Source of the DNA: Octopus vulgaris
Taxonomy: Eukaryota
Assembly (NCBI GenBank): GCA_951406725.2
Contig: OX597815.1
Span: 137,082,001 to 137,146,000 of the forward strand
Reading direction: 5' to 3'
DNA: 64,000 nt
Made by a program: the position numbers and the translations under genes. Under the pieces are notes generated by a model that worked only from the letters and a program-made list of their open reading frames with translations, ran no database searches and was not told the origin of the DNA. Below, piece by piece: positions 29,441-42,362 of the stretch; the first letter of the stretch is position 1, and each line of letters begins with the position of its first letter.

Positions 29441-29622
29441 TCACCATCACCTGAAAAAAACATTTAAAGATACTTCATATCACGGTCATTCTTTGGTTGT
29501 CATTCTTTGGTTGTCACGGTCATTCTTTGGTTGTCATAACCCATTCTCTAAGTTGACATTTAATTGTATATTTTCTGAACCTTCTGAAATAGCATAATTA
29601 GAATACTTCGGCATTACTTCGC

Positions 29623-29717
<95 letters not shown>

Positions 29718-30261
29718 CTCTCCCTTTTCATGATGGGGGAGATGTTACGATTTCGGTCATTAGTACGCCTGGAATCCGAGTATCCTCACTAATAAATACT
29801 GAGGCTCAAGAAGAAAAAATAGAGTTCTTGATGCGCTAAATATGCCAAAATTTTACAGAAAGTTTAAATTCCACACCCTCGTCATACACTCAGTGAAGCA
29901 TAAATATGGATTTGCGTGATAACGTATTAATAAGAATAACGTATATTTTAACAGAACAAAAACCACAACGCAAATTATTTGTGTAATATATTTTATTACA
30001 TACATCTCAACAATCAGTCTTCAAATCAATTATAGATCAGTTCATTAGACGTCGACAATAATTTGATATTTCCGTTCTCAGATGAAATGATTTGTAATTG
30101 ATTAGATTATTCATTATTGACACATATGTAATACATCATCGAATTATCTGAAATATATATTTTCAGGTTGTCCTCAGTTACACTACATATATGCGGCGGG
30201 GTGTGTGTGCACATATCTGTACACACACACATATGTATGTATGCATTTATATACATATACA

Positions 30262-30633
30262 CCTTTACTCTTTTACTTGTTTCAGTCATTTGACTGCGGC
30301 CATGCTGGAGCACCGCCTTTAGTCGAGCAAATCGACCCCGGGACATATTTTTTGTAAGCCCAGTACTTATTCTATCGGTCTCTTTTTGCCGAACCGCTAA
30401 GTGACGGAGGCGTAAACACACCAGCATCGGTTGTCAAGCAATGCTAGGGGGACAAATACAGACACACAAACATATACACACATACATATATATATATATA
30501 TACATATATACGACAGGCTTCTTTCAGTTTCCGTCTACCAAATCCACTCACAAGGCATTGGTCGGCCCGGGGCTATAGCAGAAGACATTTGCCCAAGATG
30601 CCACGCAGTGGGACTGAACCCGGAACCATGTGG
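30262..30633 (-). mobile_element. SINE family B with internal (CA)/(TA) microsatellite
   Basis: Head region GGTTCAGTCCCACTGCGTGGCATCTTGGGCAA; tail GGCGGTGCTCCAGCATGGCCGCAGTCAAATGACTGAAACAAGTAAAAGAGTAAAGG. Confidence 0.88.
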
Positions 30634-30654
30634 TATATATATAAATATATACAT

Positions 30655-31870
30655 ACATATACATCCCATACACAACCCCCTTAATAATGAAGCCTTCGAC
30701 ACCATCCTCCAGAACATTCCCCTACTAAAAAGGGACCACAGAATGAATTTAATCCTCCAAACGCACACCATCTTTAAGACCAAAAGGCAACACAAATCTA
30801 TGAAAAGTCCCCTAACACAAGCCCAAGTACACTCGACAACAATATTGAAGTCGTCAGTTAAAAATGCGGAAGACCTAGCTGTGAAATTTGCATCAACCTA
30901 ATTGAGGGATCGGAGTTCTCTTTCAAATAAGACCAACGTTTTACAGTGAAAAAAACAACTTCACATGTGCTTCGGAAAACTTAATATATGTATTAAATTG
31001 CGCAATACATAGGCGAAACCAAAACAGTTTACCTCGAAGGACGATTCTACATAGATCCCAGATCAGAATTCGAGAATACAGAAAAATAGCATTCAGCGAA
31101 CAGATCGACATTTGCCCCACTAACAAACAACCCAGCCTCAGAATTTTCCCCTCTATAAATTCAGGGACGATGTAACTTACCATCAGCGCATTAGCAAAGA
31201 GTCATTTTTTTATCACATAATATAAACCCTATTTTAATGCATCCACCACGAATGACACTACTAGAAGGGCCTTAGTATAATATCCACGCAAATATTAAAA
31301 ACGATATATTCAGAACAGTCACTGCCCATGAATTTATTCAGAACAATTCCAATCTCTACTATTACAACCACAACAAAACACTTTAGGGTCACTTGAACAT
31401 TTAAGAGGATTCCACCAACATCTTACGACTGTCATACCACTCCCATATTTTTCTTCTTTTCCTACTCCCTTTTCTTCTTCTTCTTCTTCTTCTTCTTCTT
31501 CTTCTTCTTCTTCTTCTTCTTCTTCTTCTTCTTCTTCTTCTTCTTCTTCTTCTTCTTCTTCTTCTTCCTGTTCTTCTTCTTCTTCTTGGCTACTGCTGCT
31601 TAAACAATCAAAACCAAGAACTCATATCAAATATACTTTTAGGATTACTACTACCTACTACCAAGCCTTCACAAGAGTAAAAAAGAGAAACAGACAGACA
31701 GAAAAAAGGAAAATGTCCTTTGTATTTGAAAGCTATGGAAATATTTTTTAAAAAACATTTCATTTAATTTTTCCACAATTTAATTGTTTTTCAGATTTTA
31801 CTCTAAGTTAAAAAAGTTGCGAAGACTGAAACCGGTACTAAAAGGTTTTTCATGATCAAATTATTTTAGA
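30655..31870 (+). mobile_element. Penelope-like element 3' part: linker, GIY-YIG endonuclease and terminal repeat
   Basis: KCGRPSCEICINL, FTCASENLIYVLNC, YIGET (frameshifted). A terminal repeat with a hammerhead-like motif at 31805-31843 is homologous to 50150-50430 in inverted orientation. Confidence 0.85.
31472..31587. repeat. (TTC)n microsatellite
   Basis: Read directly from the sequence. Confidence 0.97.
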
Positions 31871-31876
31871 ATTTTC

Positions 31877-31952
<76 letters not shown>

Positions 31953-31972
31953 GTGTAGTGTAATGATGGTAA

Positions 31973-32005
<33 letters not shown>

Positions 32006-32483
32006 CCACATCGTTGATTAGTATTATTACTGTTGTTTCCGTTCGGGTTTGAGCATTTTGATGAAACGTTTTTATTTTGTGTTTCTTACAACCTCATTTG
32101 TGCCATGTAATTTGTGGAAGGGAGAAATTGGAAGCATTTTCTGACCACATGTCTCTGTATGTTCGCTCAGTGCAATTTGGCGAACGTCAGTGTTCTGGAT
32201 TTGTGGTCTGTGGACTCGTAAGCGTTCCGATAATGCATTCCCTGGAGTGTTCTCAGAGGCACTAAAGTTGTCAAGAACTCAACTATTAGTTAAACACATT
32301 TGAAATCTAATAAGTACGTTATGCATGAAAGCGTTAATTTAACTTTATGAGTATTATAACATTTTTTTAATGTTAAAATATTAAAATACCATAATAAAAG
32401 ACGTGAAAATCATACCATGTTTTAACTTTATTCAACTGATTATTCTATACACATTCACACAAATACAGAACTTCAAAGATATA

Positions 32484-32565
<82 letters not shown>

Positions 32566-32605
32566 CTTAAATATATACATGGTCCAGGCCATGTCTATCT
32601 TAATA

Positions 32606-34121
32606 TTAGGTTGTCATGAAAGTTCTTGATGAATTTTTAATTTTGGGTTGAAATGATGTATTTTCAAATTAATTTTCGTTAAATTACTTTTACTTTATAT
32701 ATCATTTTAAAGCCCGTTTTCGCCCTATCGAATCGTGTTACTCTTTTTCTTTTTAAATATTTTTTCAGGAACGTTGAATACAACATGGAGTAAAGGCAAA
32801 TTCGCACAATTTTCTTATTCCATTTAAAGCTAGGCCAAAAGGCTGCTGAAACAGCTCGCGATATCAACGATGCATTTGGCCTAGAACCCACTAATGAACG
32901 TACAGCACCATGGTTGTTCAAGAAATTTCGTAGCGGTGACGGGAGTCTTGAAGAGGATAAGCGTAGTGGTTGGCCATCAGATGTTGACAACGATCAACTT
33001 AGAGCCTTAGTGGAAGCGAATCTACGCACAACAGTTTGAGAGTTTGCTTCTAAATTAGATGTAACGTATACGACAATTTCCAACCACTTTAAAGAGATTA
33101 GAAAAACAAAAATACTTGAAAAATGGGTACTGCACGAATTGAATGACAACCAAAAAAGACGCCGTTTTGAAGTGTCGTCTTACCTTCTTTTACGCAGCAA
33201 GAACGACTCGTTTCTCGACCAGATTAATACTTATTTCTTTATTGCCAACGAGGGGCTAAACAAGGAGGGGACAAACAAGGACAGACAAAGGAGTTAAGTC
33301 GATTATATCGACCCCAGTGCGTAACTGATACTTAATTTATAGACCCCGAAAGGATGAAAGGCAAAGTCGACCTCAACGGAATTTGAACTCAGAACGAAAC
33401 GGCAGACGAAATACCGCTAAGCATTTCGCCCGGTGTGCTAACGATTCTGCCAGCTCGCCGCCTTCCAGATTGATACTTGCGATGAAAACTGGATTCTTTA
33501 TACAACTGGCGACGCTCAACTTAATGGTTGGACGCCGACGAAGCTCCACAGCTTTTCCCGAAGTCAAAGTTGCATCAAAAAACGGTTGGTGAATCTTTGG
33601 TTGTCTGCAGCCGGTCTCATTCATCACAGATTTTGGATCCAGCCGAATCCATTACGGCGGAGAAGTACTGTCAGCAAATGGATGAAATGCATAAGAAACT
33701 CCGACAACAACCAGCATTGGTCAATAGAAAAGGAACACTTCTTCTCCACGACCACGCGCGGCCGCACGTCGCACATCTGACCCTGCAGAAGTTGAACGAA
33801 TTGGGCTACGAAACTCTACCTCATCCACCATACTCACCAGACCTCACGCCTACCAACTATCACTATTTCAAGCATCTCAACAACTTCCTGCGTGACCAAG
33901 ACGATGCCAAACCAAGACGATGCCAAACACACCTTCAACGACTTTATAGCCACCAGAACGCAGGATTTTTACGATACTGGCATAAATAAATTTGATTCGC
34001 ATTGGCAAAAGTGTGTTGATTATGATGATGTTTATTTCGATTAATAAAGTTTTGTTTGAGCCGAGATATGTGCATCTGAATTTAAATGTTGAAAACCGCA
34101 AGAACATTCTTGACAACCTAA
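32606..34121 (+). mobile_element. Full-length mariner (Hsmar1/cecropia-like) with pseudogenised transposase
   Basis: TA|TTAGGTTGTCATGAAAGTTCTTG ... CAAGAACATTCTTGACAACCTAA|TA; KAAETARDINDAFG, KWVLHEL, TCDENWILY, LLHDHARPH, PHPPYSPDLTPTNYHYF. Confidence 0.95.
33233..33464 (-). mobile_element. SINE family A inserted in the mariner
   Basis: 14-bp TSD CCAGATT(A/G)ATACTT at 33219-33232 and 33465-33478. Confidence 0.92.
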
Positions 34122-34123
34122 TA

Positions 34124-34785
34124 TCGCCACCTGATAGGATTATTTAAATCCTTTTTAAGTCAAGTTTTGTGGTATCAAGTAGAGAGGTTTTGGTGAATGT
34201 GTGTTGTATCCAGGTATTGGTGGCTTATCTGGTATTCCTTGAAGAAATTTGTCCAGACTCACTTTAAAGGTGATGGGATCCTATTCTTCTTTGATCAGTT
34301 TTGGGACAATGTTAAACAGGGCAGGGCCTGTGAAGAAACGAAATTTTGTCGCAGTATACCTACATGTTGTGAACCTGAATTGGGCAGGGGACGCATCACC
34401 CGTGGTCCCAGTCTTGGATGAATCTTGAAGCTAATGTTCAGGTGGTTTGGGCAATGCTAGCGGTATATTCTCCACATCGTGCAAATGATGTACCGCTCGA
34501 GGCGGCGCGGGAGAGAGTTTCAAGGCTTTAAGGCTGTCCCAGTAATCTAGATCAGTCATGCCTTTAATTCGTTTACTGAAAGCCTTCTGGGGTGATTCAA
34601 TTTTCGAGATGTTTTGTTTTGTATGGGGAGACCACAAGGGGCAGTAGTATTCGAGGTGTGGCCGTACAAAGTAGGAGAAAAGTGGAATGATGACACCTTG
34701 TTCTGTGGACTGGAAGGTTCTTAATATCCAGGGGCTCATCATGCGAGCTATATCGACCTTATTGTTGATGTGAGCACTCCAACTG
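34124..34785 (-). mobile_element. CR1/L2-group LINE 3' fragment
   Basis: WSAHINNKV, WILRTFQS, FVRPHLEYYCPLWSPH in ORF 34431..35192; its tail continues at 32581-32605 on the far side of the mariner. Confidence 0.85.
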
Positions 34786-35276
34786 AGAAGAAGAAGAAGA
34801 AGAAGAAGAAGAAGAAAGAGACCCTTCTCTTTCTTCTTCTTCTTCATCATCATCATCATTATCATCATCGTCATCGCCATCATCATCTTCATCTTCTTCT
34901 TCTTCTCCCCCCTCTTCTCCTTAACTTTATTACTAATGCTTTTTAGTATAACACCTACGCAAATTCTATAAACAAATCTTCCAATAGAAATATTTTCATG
35001 AATTGAACAGCAGGAAGTGCCAGCAACCACTGACCAACGACAATCAAGGCAATCCCAAATTCTTCCTCCCCTTCTCCCCTTCTCCTCCTTCTCCTTCTTC
35101 TTCTTCTTCTTCTTCCCTACCAAGAATTCACATGGACCTTGAACCCACAAGAGCAAACAAGAGAGACAGAGAAAGGCAGAAACAAGGAACATGCCACTTA
35201 TATATGAACACTATACAAATATTCTTTAAAAAAAACTCTTGTTTTAATTTTTCTAAATTTAATTTTTTAATTGTTA

Positions 35277-35313
35277 CAGTTGAAAAGGTTTCAAATGACC
35301 GAAACCTGTACTG
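35277..35313 (+). ncRNA. Minimal hammerhead-like motif with U3:A8 core variant
   Basis: CAG-TTGAAAA-GGTT-tcaaat-GACC-GAAA-CCTG-TA-CTG; related motifs at 31805-31843 (+) and 50181-50220 (-). Confidence 0.6.
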
Positions 35314-35396
35314 AAATGTTCTTTATAAAATTATTTTAGCATGTTCTATCTTGACATGTTTTTTCATATATATCAACTCGTCTGTCCCTTTTCATC

Positions 35397-35428
<32 letters not shown>

Positions 35429-35713
35429 CATGAGTGATGATACAAGTGCACATTTATATAAATATATTTACATATATATATTTTTATCTATAATGTTGTG
35501 TCAGGGAAGAGTTATTTTCTTTTTGTGCCTTATAATTTAACACACAACCCGGTAAAATAACCACTTATTCCTTATTTTTATTCTCCTAAAATTTTCTTTG
35601 CGTCTTGCAAACTTTTCAACAGACACAACAGAATATGCTTCAACAAACGAACTCACATAAAGTATCTTGCCAACCAAATCCCAAAACGAAATATTTATAT
35701 ATTTGTGTATGTG

Positions 35714-35768
<55 letters not shown>

Positions 35769-35929
35769 CTATGCATATTCATATATTTATATACATATAT
35801 ATATTTATTTTTGTATATATATATAAATACACATATATATATATATATATATTTACACACCCACACATACACATATATATATATGTAATGTTTGACCATT
35901 TTTCGGTTGCCATAATAAAACTCCGAGTT

Positions 35930-36769
35930 AAAGAATAGCATGCAGTTTAATGCTGAAAAGTTTCAAGCATTATGCTATCACCATGCAAAACTAAATGGGA
36001 TACCCATTAAATAAACTGGACCTGGAGGGATTGCATTCACAGAGCCAAGGTCAGTGCGAGACCTGGGCATTTACATGAGTAATGGTGCATCTTTCCATGT
36101 GCTTGTTGCTAAATTGGCAATGAAATGCAGGCGGCTGACTAGATGGATTCTTAGAACTTTTGGAACAAGAAATAAGGAAACCATGATGGTTCTCTGGAGG
36201 ACAATTGTCCTAAGCCACTTTCTCTATTGCTCTCAGCTATGGTCACCACCCAGTGTCAAGTTAATATCAGAACTTGAGGCAATCTATCGAAGCTACACAA
36301 AAACGATACTTTCTATGCAGCACATAAGCTACTGGGAAAGATTAAGAAGTTAAGACTCTATTCCTTTGAGCGTAGTCAAAAAAGATATTCGATCATATAC
36401 ATATGGAAGATCCTGGAAGAACTTGTTACAAACTTTGGCATCGAGAGTTACACAAATACTAGAACTGGGCGCCACTGCATAGTGCATAGCCTGGTCTTCA
36501 GAGGTCCACTGCTCTTCAATATCCTCCCGAAGGATCTGAGAGACCTGCAAAGTTGGATGTAGGTGTCTTCAAAATAAGCTGGACCTCTAAACTGTCAAGT
36601 GTCCCAGAAAAGCCAACTTTGCGGCAGTAGGTGGAGATAAGGGCAGCGGCATCAAACTCCCTCATGCACCTAATGTCAAATCCTAAAAAGAATTCGTGAA
36701 GTATAATTATGTAGCAACACCAAATGGCGATGTCCCAGCATGGCAACAGCTAGGGAGATGAATCTAGAT

Positions 36770-36770
<1 letters not shown>
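35930..36770 (+). mobile_element. CR1/L2-group LINE 3' fragment, same family as 10124-11670
   Basis: ORF 36054-36353 RDLGIYMS...WILRTF...YCSQLWSP; the tail ends in (TA)n. Confidence 0.9.
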
Positions 36771-36851
<81 letters not shown>

Positions 36852-36894
36852 TTCATTCATTTATTTATTTATTGAAATATATATATATATAAAT

Positions 36895-37445
36895 TCCTGG
36901 TAGTTGCGCAGCTGCAAAGAGTCGATTTTTTGGTGAATCTTCTCTGGATTGCTTCATGATCCGCTGTTAATTTCACACTGGTGGGTGACCATAGCTATGA
37001 GCAGTAATCCAGGGGGCTGAGGACGAATGTCCTCCAGAAGACCATCAGGGTTTCCTTATCTCTGGTTCTAAATGTTCTCAGGATCCATCCAGCCAGTCGT
37101 CTGCACTTTGTCGCCACCTGGTAATGTGCACTTAGAAAAAGGTATCATCACTCATTTCTGTACCTAGGTCCCTCACTGATTTAGGTTCTGTGATTGAAAT
37201 TTCCTGTGGGCAAGTGTACTCTGTAGTTCATATTCAGTTTTGGATGCTTATAGCGCAGGGCTTGGAATTTCCCTGCATTAAACTGCATATTATCCTTAGC
37301 ACGTCTGTAAATTGAGTCCTACTCCTGCTGCAGGTGTGCAACATCGCTGGGATTCTGTATTTTCTGCGAAACATTCGTATCATCTGCGTAGCTTTCAAGG
37401 GTGGCTGTCAGGGCACTTAAGGTCATATCTGAGAGGGCCACTGTA
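36895..37445 (-). mobile_element. Related CR1/L2-group LINE internal fragment
   Basis: Minus strand ALSDM...SYADDTNVSQKIQNP...MQFNAGKFQAL...WILRTFRTRDKE. Confidence 0.85.
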
Positions 37446-37500
37446 AAAACCACTATATTTATATTTATATATATATATGTACATATTATATATATATGTA

Positions 37501-37594
<94 letters not shown>

Positions 37595-37950
37595 ATTGAA
37601 ACACTCCTGTCACAATCTAAGACCTTGCTTTAATGAAAGAAAGTATACTAGTCCCTTAATATTTGATATTCAATATTTCATCTATTCAATAAGACAATCA
37701 ATACTTCATTTCATTTTTCTATATATACTATTTATACTATACTTTGATAGGTTTCGGCCATTATTGGCCCAGGCCATGTCTAACTTAATAGCACCACCTG
37801 ATGAAGTCTTTCAAGTCAGAATTTGGGCACTATGGCCCACTCAAGTAGAGAGTTATATCTGCACCTACTATATTCTATATTCTACATTAATATTAAAAAG
37901 AATATAAATAAACCATAAAAAACAGAGTTGGAATTATATATGTATATATT

Positions 37951-37998
<48 letters not shown>

Positions 37999-38035
37999 TC
38001 ATATATATATTAATATATACGTATATCTATTTATA

Positions 38036-38088
<53 letters not shown>

Positions 38089-38092
<4 letters not shown>

Positions 38093-39240
38093 ATCAAAAT
38101 AAAAACATGATGCGAAGGATTCAGCGGTACATATGTTTCGGGCCTTTATTAGACAGATTTATAACAATGCATAATGTATGTCTGTGGCCTTCTTCAGCTG
38201 CGCACAACAGCTTCCACAAGGACATGTGTTACATCAAAAATTCTTGGTTGGGGATGCAAATCCTCCCATTCGCGTATAGTGTCCGTGTATACATGCGGAT
38301 ATTCTGTTGTATGTATGTATGTGTACGCGCGTGCGTGTGGGTGTGTGTGTGTTTATATGCATGTTTACACGCGAGTGCGTGTGTATGCTTATAGGCTTGG
38401 AGGAGTATATGTACGCGTGTATATGGGTGTGTGTATCCATGTTGGTATGTATGTACTAGAAGTCCAAATAATTCAAGGAACCAGATTAAACGCTCAACAG
38501 CTCTGATTTACAACGCATTAGGTCCCCAGACGAAACTGTTGATTTACTGACAATTCTACAACTAAATTTTATCAATCTCCTGACCACCATGCTTGGTCCT
38601 TAACCTCTATACATCCCTTATCTTTATATTTTTTTATATTTTGTTACATTTTTATCATGTTTTTTTAACTTTTTTTACTTTTATTTTTGTTTCTATTTCT
38701 ATTTTTACTTTATAACCTTATGCCTTTACATTTATTTATATTTCCTTATATTTCTTTATATTCTTTATACCCCCTTTACATCTCCTTATATCTCTTTATA
38801 TCTTTATGCTCTACATTTTTATATTTTTCTATACTTACACTTTTTATACATTTTTTATCCCTCGTCCTGAATTCTCGCCCCTCCATCTTCACGTATATAC
38901 ATGTATTTATTTATTTACATTACTTCAACATCCATTTTTCCTCATCCTACATTGAGAGAAGAAAGAGATGGACGCTTCAATTCTATGCTGCTGCCGCATT
39001 ATGTCGTACGCGAATGGGAGGATTTGCATCCCCAACCAAGAATTTTTGATGTAACACATGTCCTTGTGGAAGCTGTTGTGCGCGGCTGAAGAAGGCCACA
39101 GACATACATTATGCATTGTTATAAATCTGTCTAATAAAGGCCCGAAACATATGTACCGCTGAATCCTTCGCATCATGTTTTTATTTTGATCAATTTACTC
39201 CACCACCTACACCACCAAACGGTATACACAGGTGCTTATA
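38089..39240 (+). mobile_element. Penelope-like 3' end with an inverted copy of its terminal repeat (188-bp arms at 38089-38276 and 39007-39194)
   Basis: One mismatch seen between the arms. FINLLTT..G (GIY-YIG C-terminus-like) at ~38570, then a T-rich tail, then a hammerhead in the arm. Confidence 0.75.
39082..39159 (+). ncRNA. Type-I hammerhead ribozyme candidate with extended stem II
   Basis: GCGG-CTGAAGA-AGGCC-(41-nt structured insert)-GGCCC-GAAA-CATATG-TA-CCGC; palindromic stem III and GUA triplet. A mirror copy lies in the 38089-38276 arm. Confidence 0.7.
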
Positions 39241-39261
39241 ATTATCAAGTACTCACCCCAA

Positions 39262-39306
<45 letters not shown>

Positions 39307-39341
39307 ATATAACTATTTATATATATGTACTTATTTATATA

Positions 39342-39397
<56 letters not shown>

Positions 39398-39436
39398 TTG
39401 TATATATTTATGTGTGTATATATATATATATATGTA

Positions 39437-39475
<39 letters not shown>

Positions 39476-39518
39476 GTATCTATTTATATATATATATTTA
39501 TATATGTATATTCATATG

Positions 39519-39582
<64 letters not shown>

Positions 39583-39749
39583 GAGAGAGGGGGGAGTGAG
39601 AGAAACTTGCGCTTTCTTTATTAGCAAGAAATGGTGAAATAAAAATTGAATAATGACATATGTAATGCATATATAATAGATAGATAGATACACAAACAGA
39701 TAGAAAGATAGATAGATAGAGAGACAGTAATTCATGTCTCAGAAGGCGA

Positions 39750-40100
39750 TGAGGTTATCAACTTTAATGTTTGTAAGCTCTGAGGAGGTTTTTTTAGGTC
39801 AATTTCGCCTTGAGGTCTACAGTTACAAGGGGGGGCACCTAACATCAGTCAAGGTCCTGTGGGACTCTTGCTTTCCGTGCAACTCTCTTCTTTTTAGCTT
39901 TTCTGGTCATATCAGATTCAGAATGCTGAACTCCAGAACACACATCAATATGCTACAATGGGTAATCTGAACAAGATGCTTCCAAGTAAACTGCACTAAG
40001 TCACAACATCTTTTCAATGTTGTCTTGAGTGTGGCCTTGTCTTTCTTCTTTTGTCCACAACTCGACTGACAAACAATTGATACTTCATTATATGATGGAT
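39750..40100 (-). mobile_element. RTE/BovB-like LINE C-terminal fragment
   Basis: SCGQKKKDKATLKTTLKRC...TWKHLVQ...AKKKRVARKAR resembles the RTE GGQKKRYKDTLK...KRxxRKAR region. Confidence 0.65.
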
Positions 40101-40167
40101 AAATAATTATTGTTAAAATACTTACGTTACCAGAATGCAACTTAAGAACCTAATTTAACTATTCTTA

Positions 40168-40233
<66 letters not shown>

Positions 40234-40304
40234 GTGTGTGTGTGCATGCGTATATATACATAGATATTTAGGTAGTTAAATGATGAGTTTCGGGTAAAAT
40301 ATGC

Positions 40305-40850
40305 CCCCTCACTTAAGGGGTGTTAGAAGACGTGGCACCCATCGAGCAGAAACTTTCGTCATGCCGATTTCATTGTGCAGAATGTTCTCAATTCTCTCAC
40401 AGGATATGCTAATACCATTGCTATTTATATTAATAGTCAATCAGCTGGCATCCGTCACCAATGTTTTCCTCGGTGGTGGCTCATGCAGAAGTCCAAATCT
40501 TGAGTCGTCTTCAAGACTCTCCCTTCCGCTCCTAAATTCAGCTACCCACTTTTGTACTGGTGATAAACCTGGAACATCATCCCTAAAAGTAGCCACCATG
40601 CCAGCATGAATGTCCTTAGGGGTTAAACCTTTTTTCTACAGCCACTTCGTCACACCCCGATGTCAACTTTTGTCGATTTTCAGAAGTCGCTACTAATTAC
40701 ATTTGAAGTCTTCTTTCAGCAGTCAGCTGTCAGTTTCCACCGAAAGAAATTAAACAGTTATAAGTAAGAAGGGTTGAAATGCATGCAATATTTCACAGTT
40801 CTAGCATCACTCCTCCAAAGTCAGCTGATGAATCTTTCAGCCTACCCTAT
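40305..40850 (-). mobile_element. Mariner 5' half (HTH to WVPRLL)
   Basis: Minus strand KGLTPKDIHAGM...KWVAEFRSGRESLEDD...IGMTKVSARWVPRLLTP; TIR-like end near 40850. Confidence 0.85.
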
Positions 40851-41670
40851 TATGAACCTCATATCCAGCAGGTAGCAGGCCTACAATCTTCCGAAATTAT
40901 TTGGGTTCCGTCCTATAATAATCAATAGTATGACAGTTTATCCTATTCTAAATGTGAAGCAACTATTTTGGTATTATTGCTTTCAATGTCAACACCTAAA
41001 GGTAAAATTAACGTTTCTAAAGGAAGACTTTCTGCTGCAACTTTGGCCTTCGTTATCAGTAAACGATTATACTATTTCAAAACAGCTTTGTCCTGAGATA
41101 TTCTTACTCCGATAATACGCATTGACCAACATGGCTTACTATAGTAAACGCAGTCTTTCTCGTGGTCTTCACTCCCCTTTACACCTCACTTTTCTGTAAA
41201 CTCTTTCTTTAGCTCCAGATCGAAATTAGTCAAATGGTCTACAATCAAAGCTATTCATCAGTATCCTTGCCATCTTTAGAGACCATGATTATTTTCTTAC
41301 CATATTATCAGACATGACGCTTCTTTATTTAATACGACAGTGTGACATGAGGGAGATCGAGATACTATATCCAATATATCGAGAAAACACATGAAGGTAA
41401 CCACCACTTCATTTCCTTTCATCAACGATCGACATGGGCATACATACTTTCCGCAAATAGAGGACTCGAATACACACTCTAATGACCAGATGTGAACGTA
41501 GTCTCCTTCAGCAGTAAACGACGCAATCGCTTCGTCTGTAATAGAAGTTATGGTTTGTCACTGAGGATTGATAGATGCCTGTATATGGGTAATTTACGTA
41601 TGCTTCTTTGTTTAAAGTATGTATATAAGTATATATGGATGTATGTGCATTTCTGTGTATACATATATGC

Positions 41671-41727
<57 letters not shown>

Positions 41728-41782
41728 GGTGTGTGTATGTATGTATGTATGTGTGTTTGTATGTGTATTCACATAGATATCT

Positions 41783-41859
<77 letters not shown>

Positions 41860-41945
41860 TGTATTTCTTGACTGAAGAAATCCCAATGGGGGATTGAGAC
41901 AAACCAGATAAATCTTTTTCTTCTTTCAAGTAGATATTGCAAATA

Positions 41946-42160
41946 TTGCTTTCAAATTTTGGCTCAAGGCCAGCAATTTCTAGGAAGGGAGTAAGTCGGT
42001 TACATCGACCTGTGTTCAACTGATACTTATTCTATCGATTCCAAAATGATGAAAGTCAAAGTCGACCTCGAAAAAATTTTAACTCCGAGAGTAAAGACGG
42101 ACGAAATGCCGCAAAAGCATTTTACCCGGCATGCCAATGATTCTGCCAGCTCGCCGCCTT
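41946..42160 (-). mobile_element. SINE family A with alternative tail and TSD
   Basis: TSD AGATATTG(C/T)AAATA at 41932-41945 and 42161-42174; A and B boxes present. Confidence 0.88.
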
Positions 42161-42307
42161 AGATATTGTAAATAGTGAACATGGCACTTAGACTTGCCTA
42201 TTACGTAATGTTTAATATTTATAAGTATTCTCTGTAACTAAGACTAGCATTAACAGGGTCAATACATGTGGGGCAGATCAACTTGGCAATATATATACAC
42301 ACACATG

Positions 42308-42362
<55 letters not shown>

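Noticed and set aside
29481-29536. Three short direct repeats (GTCATTCTTTGGTT), superficially CRISPR-like
   Set aside because: A simple slippage minisatellite with no unique spacers, in a eukaryotic context.
37797-37830. CTGATGA as a hammerhead core
   Set aside because: No properly placed stem II and GAAA; it adjoins a LINE tail. Similar partial motifs at ~27335 and ~28243 were also rejected.
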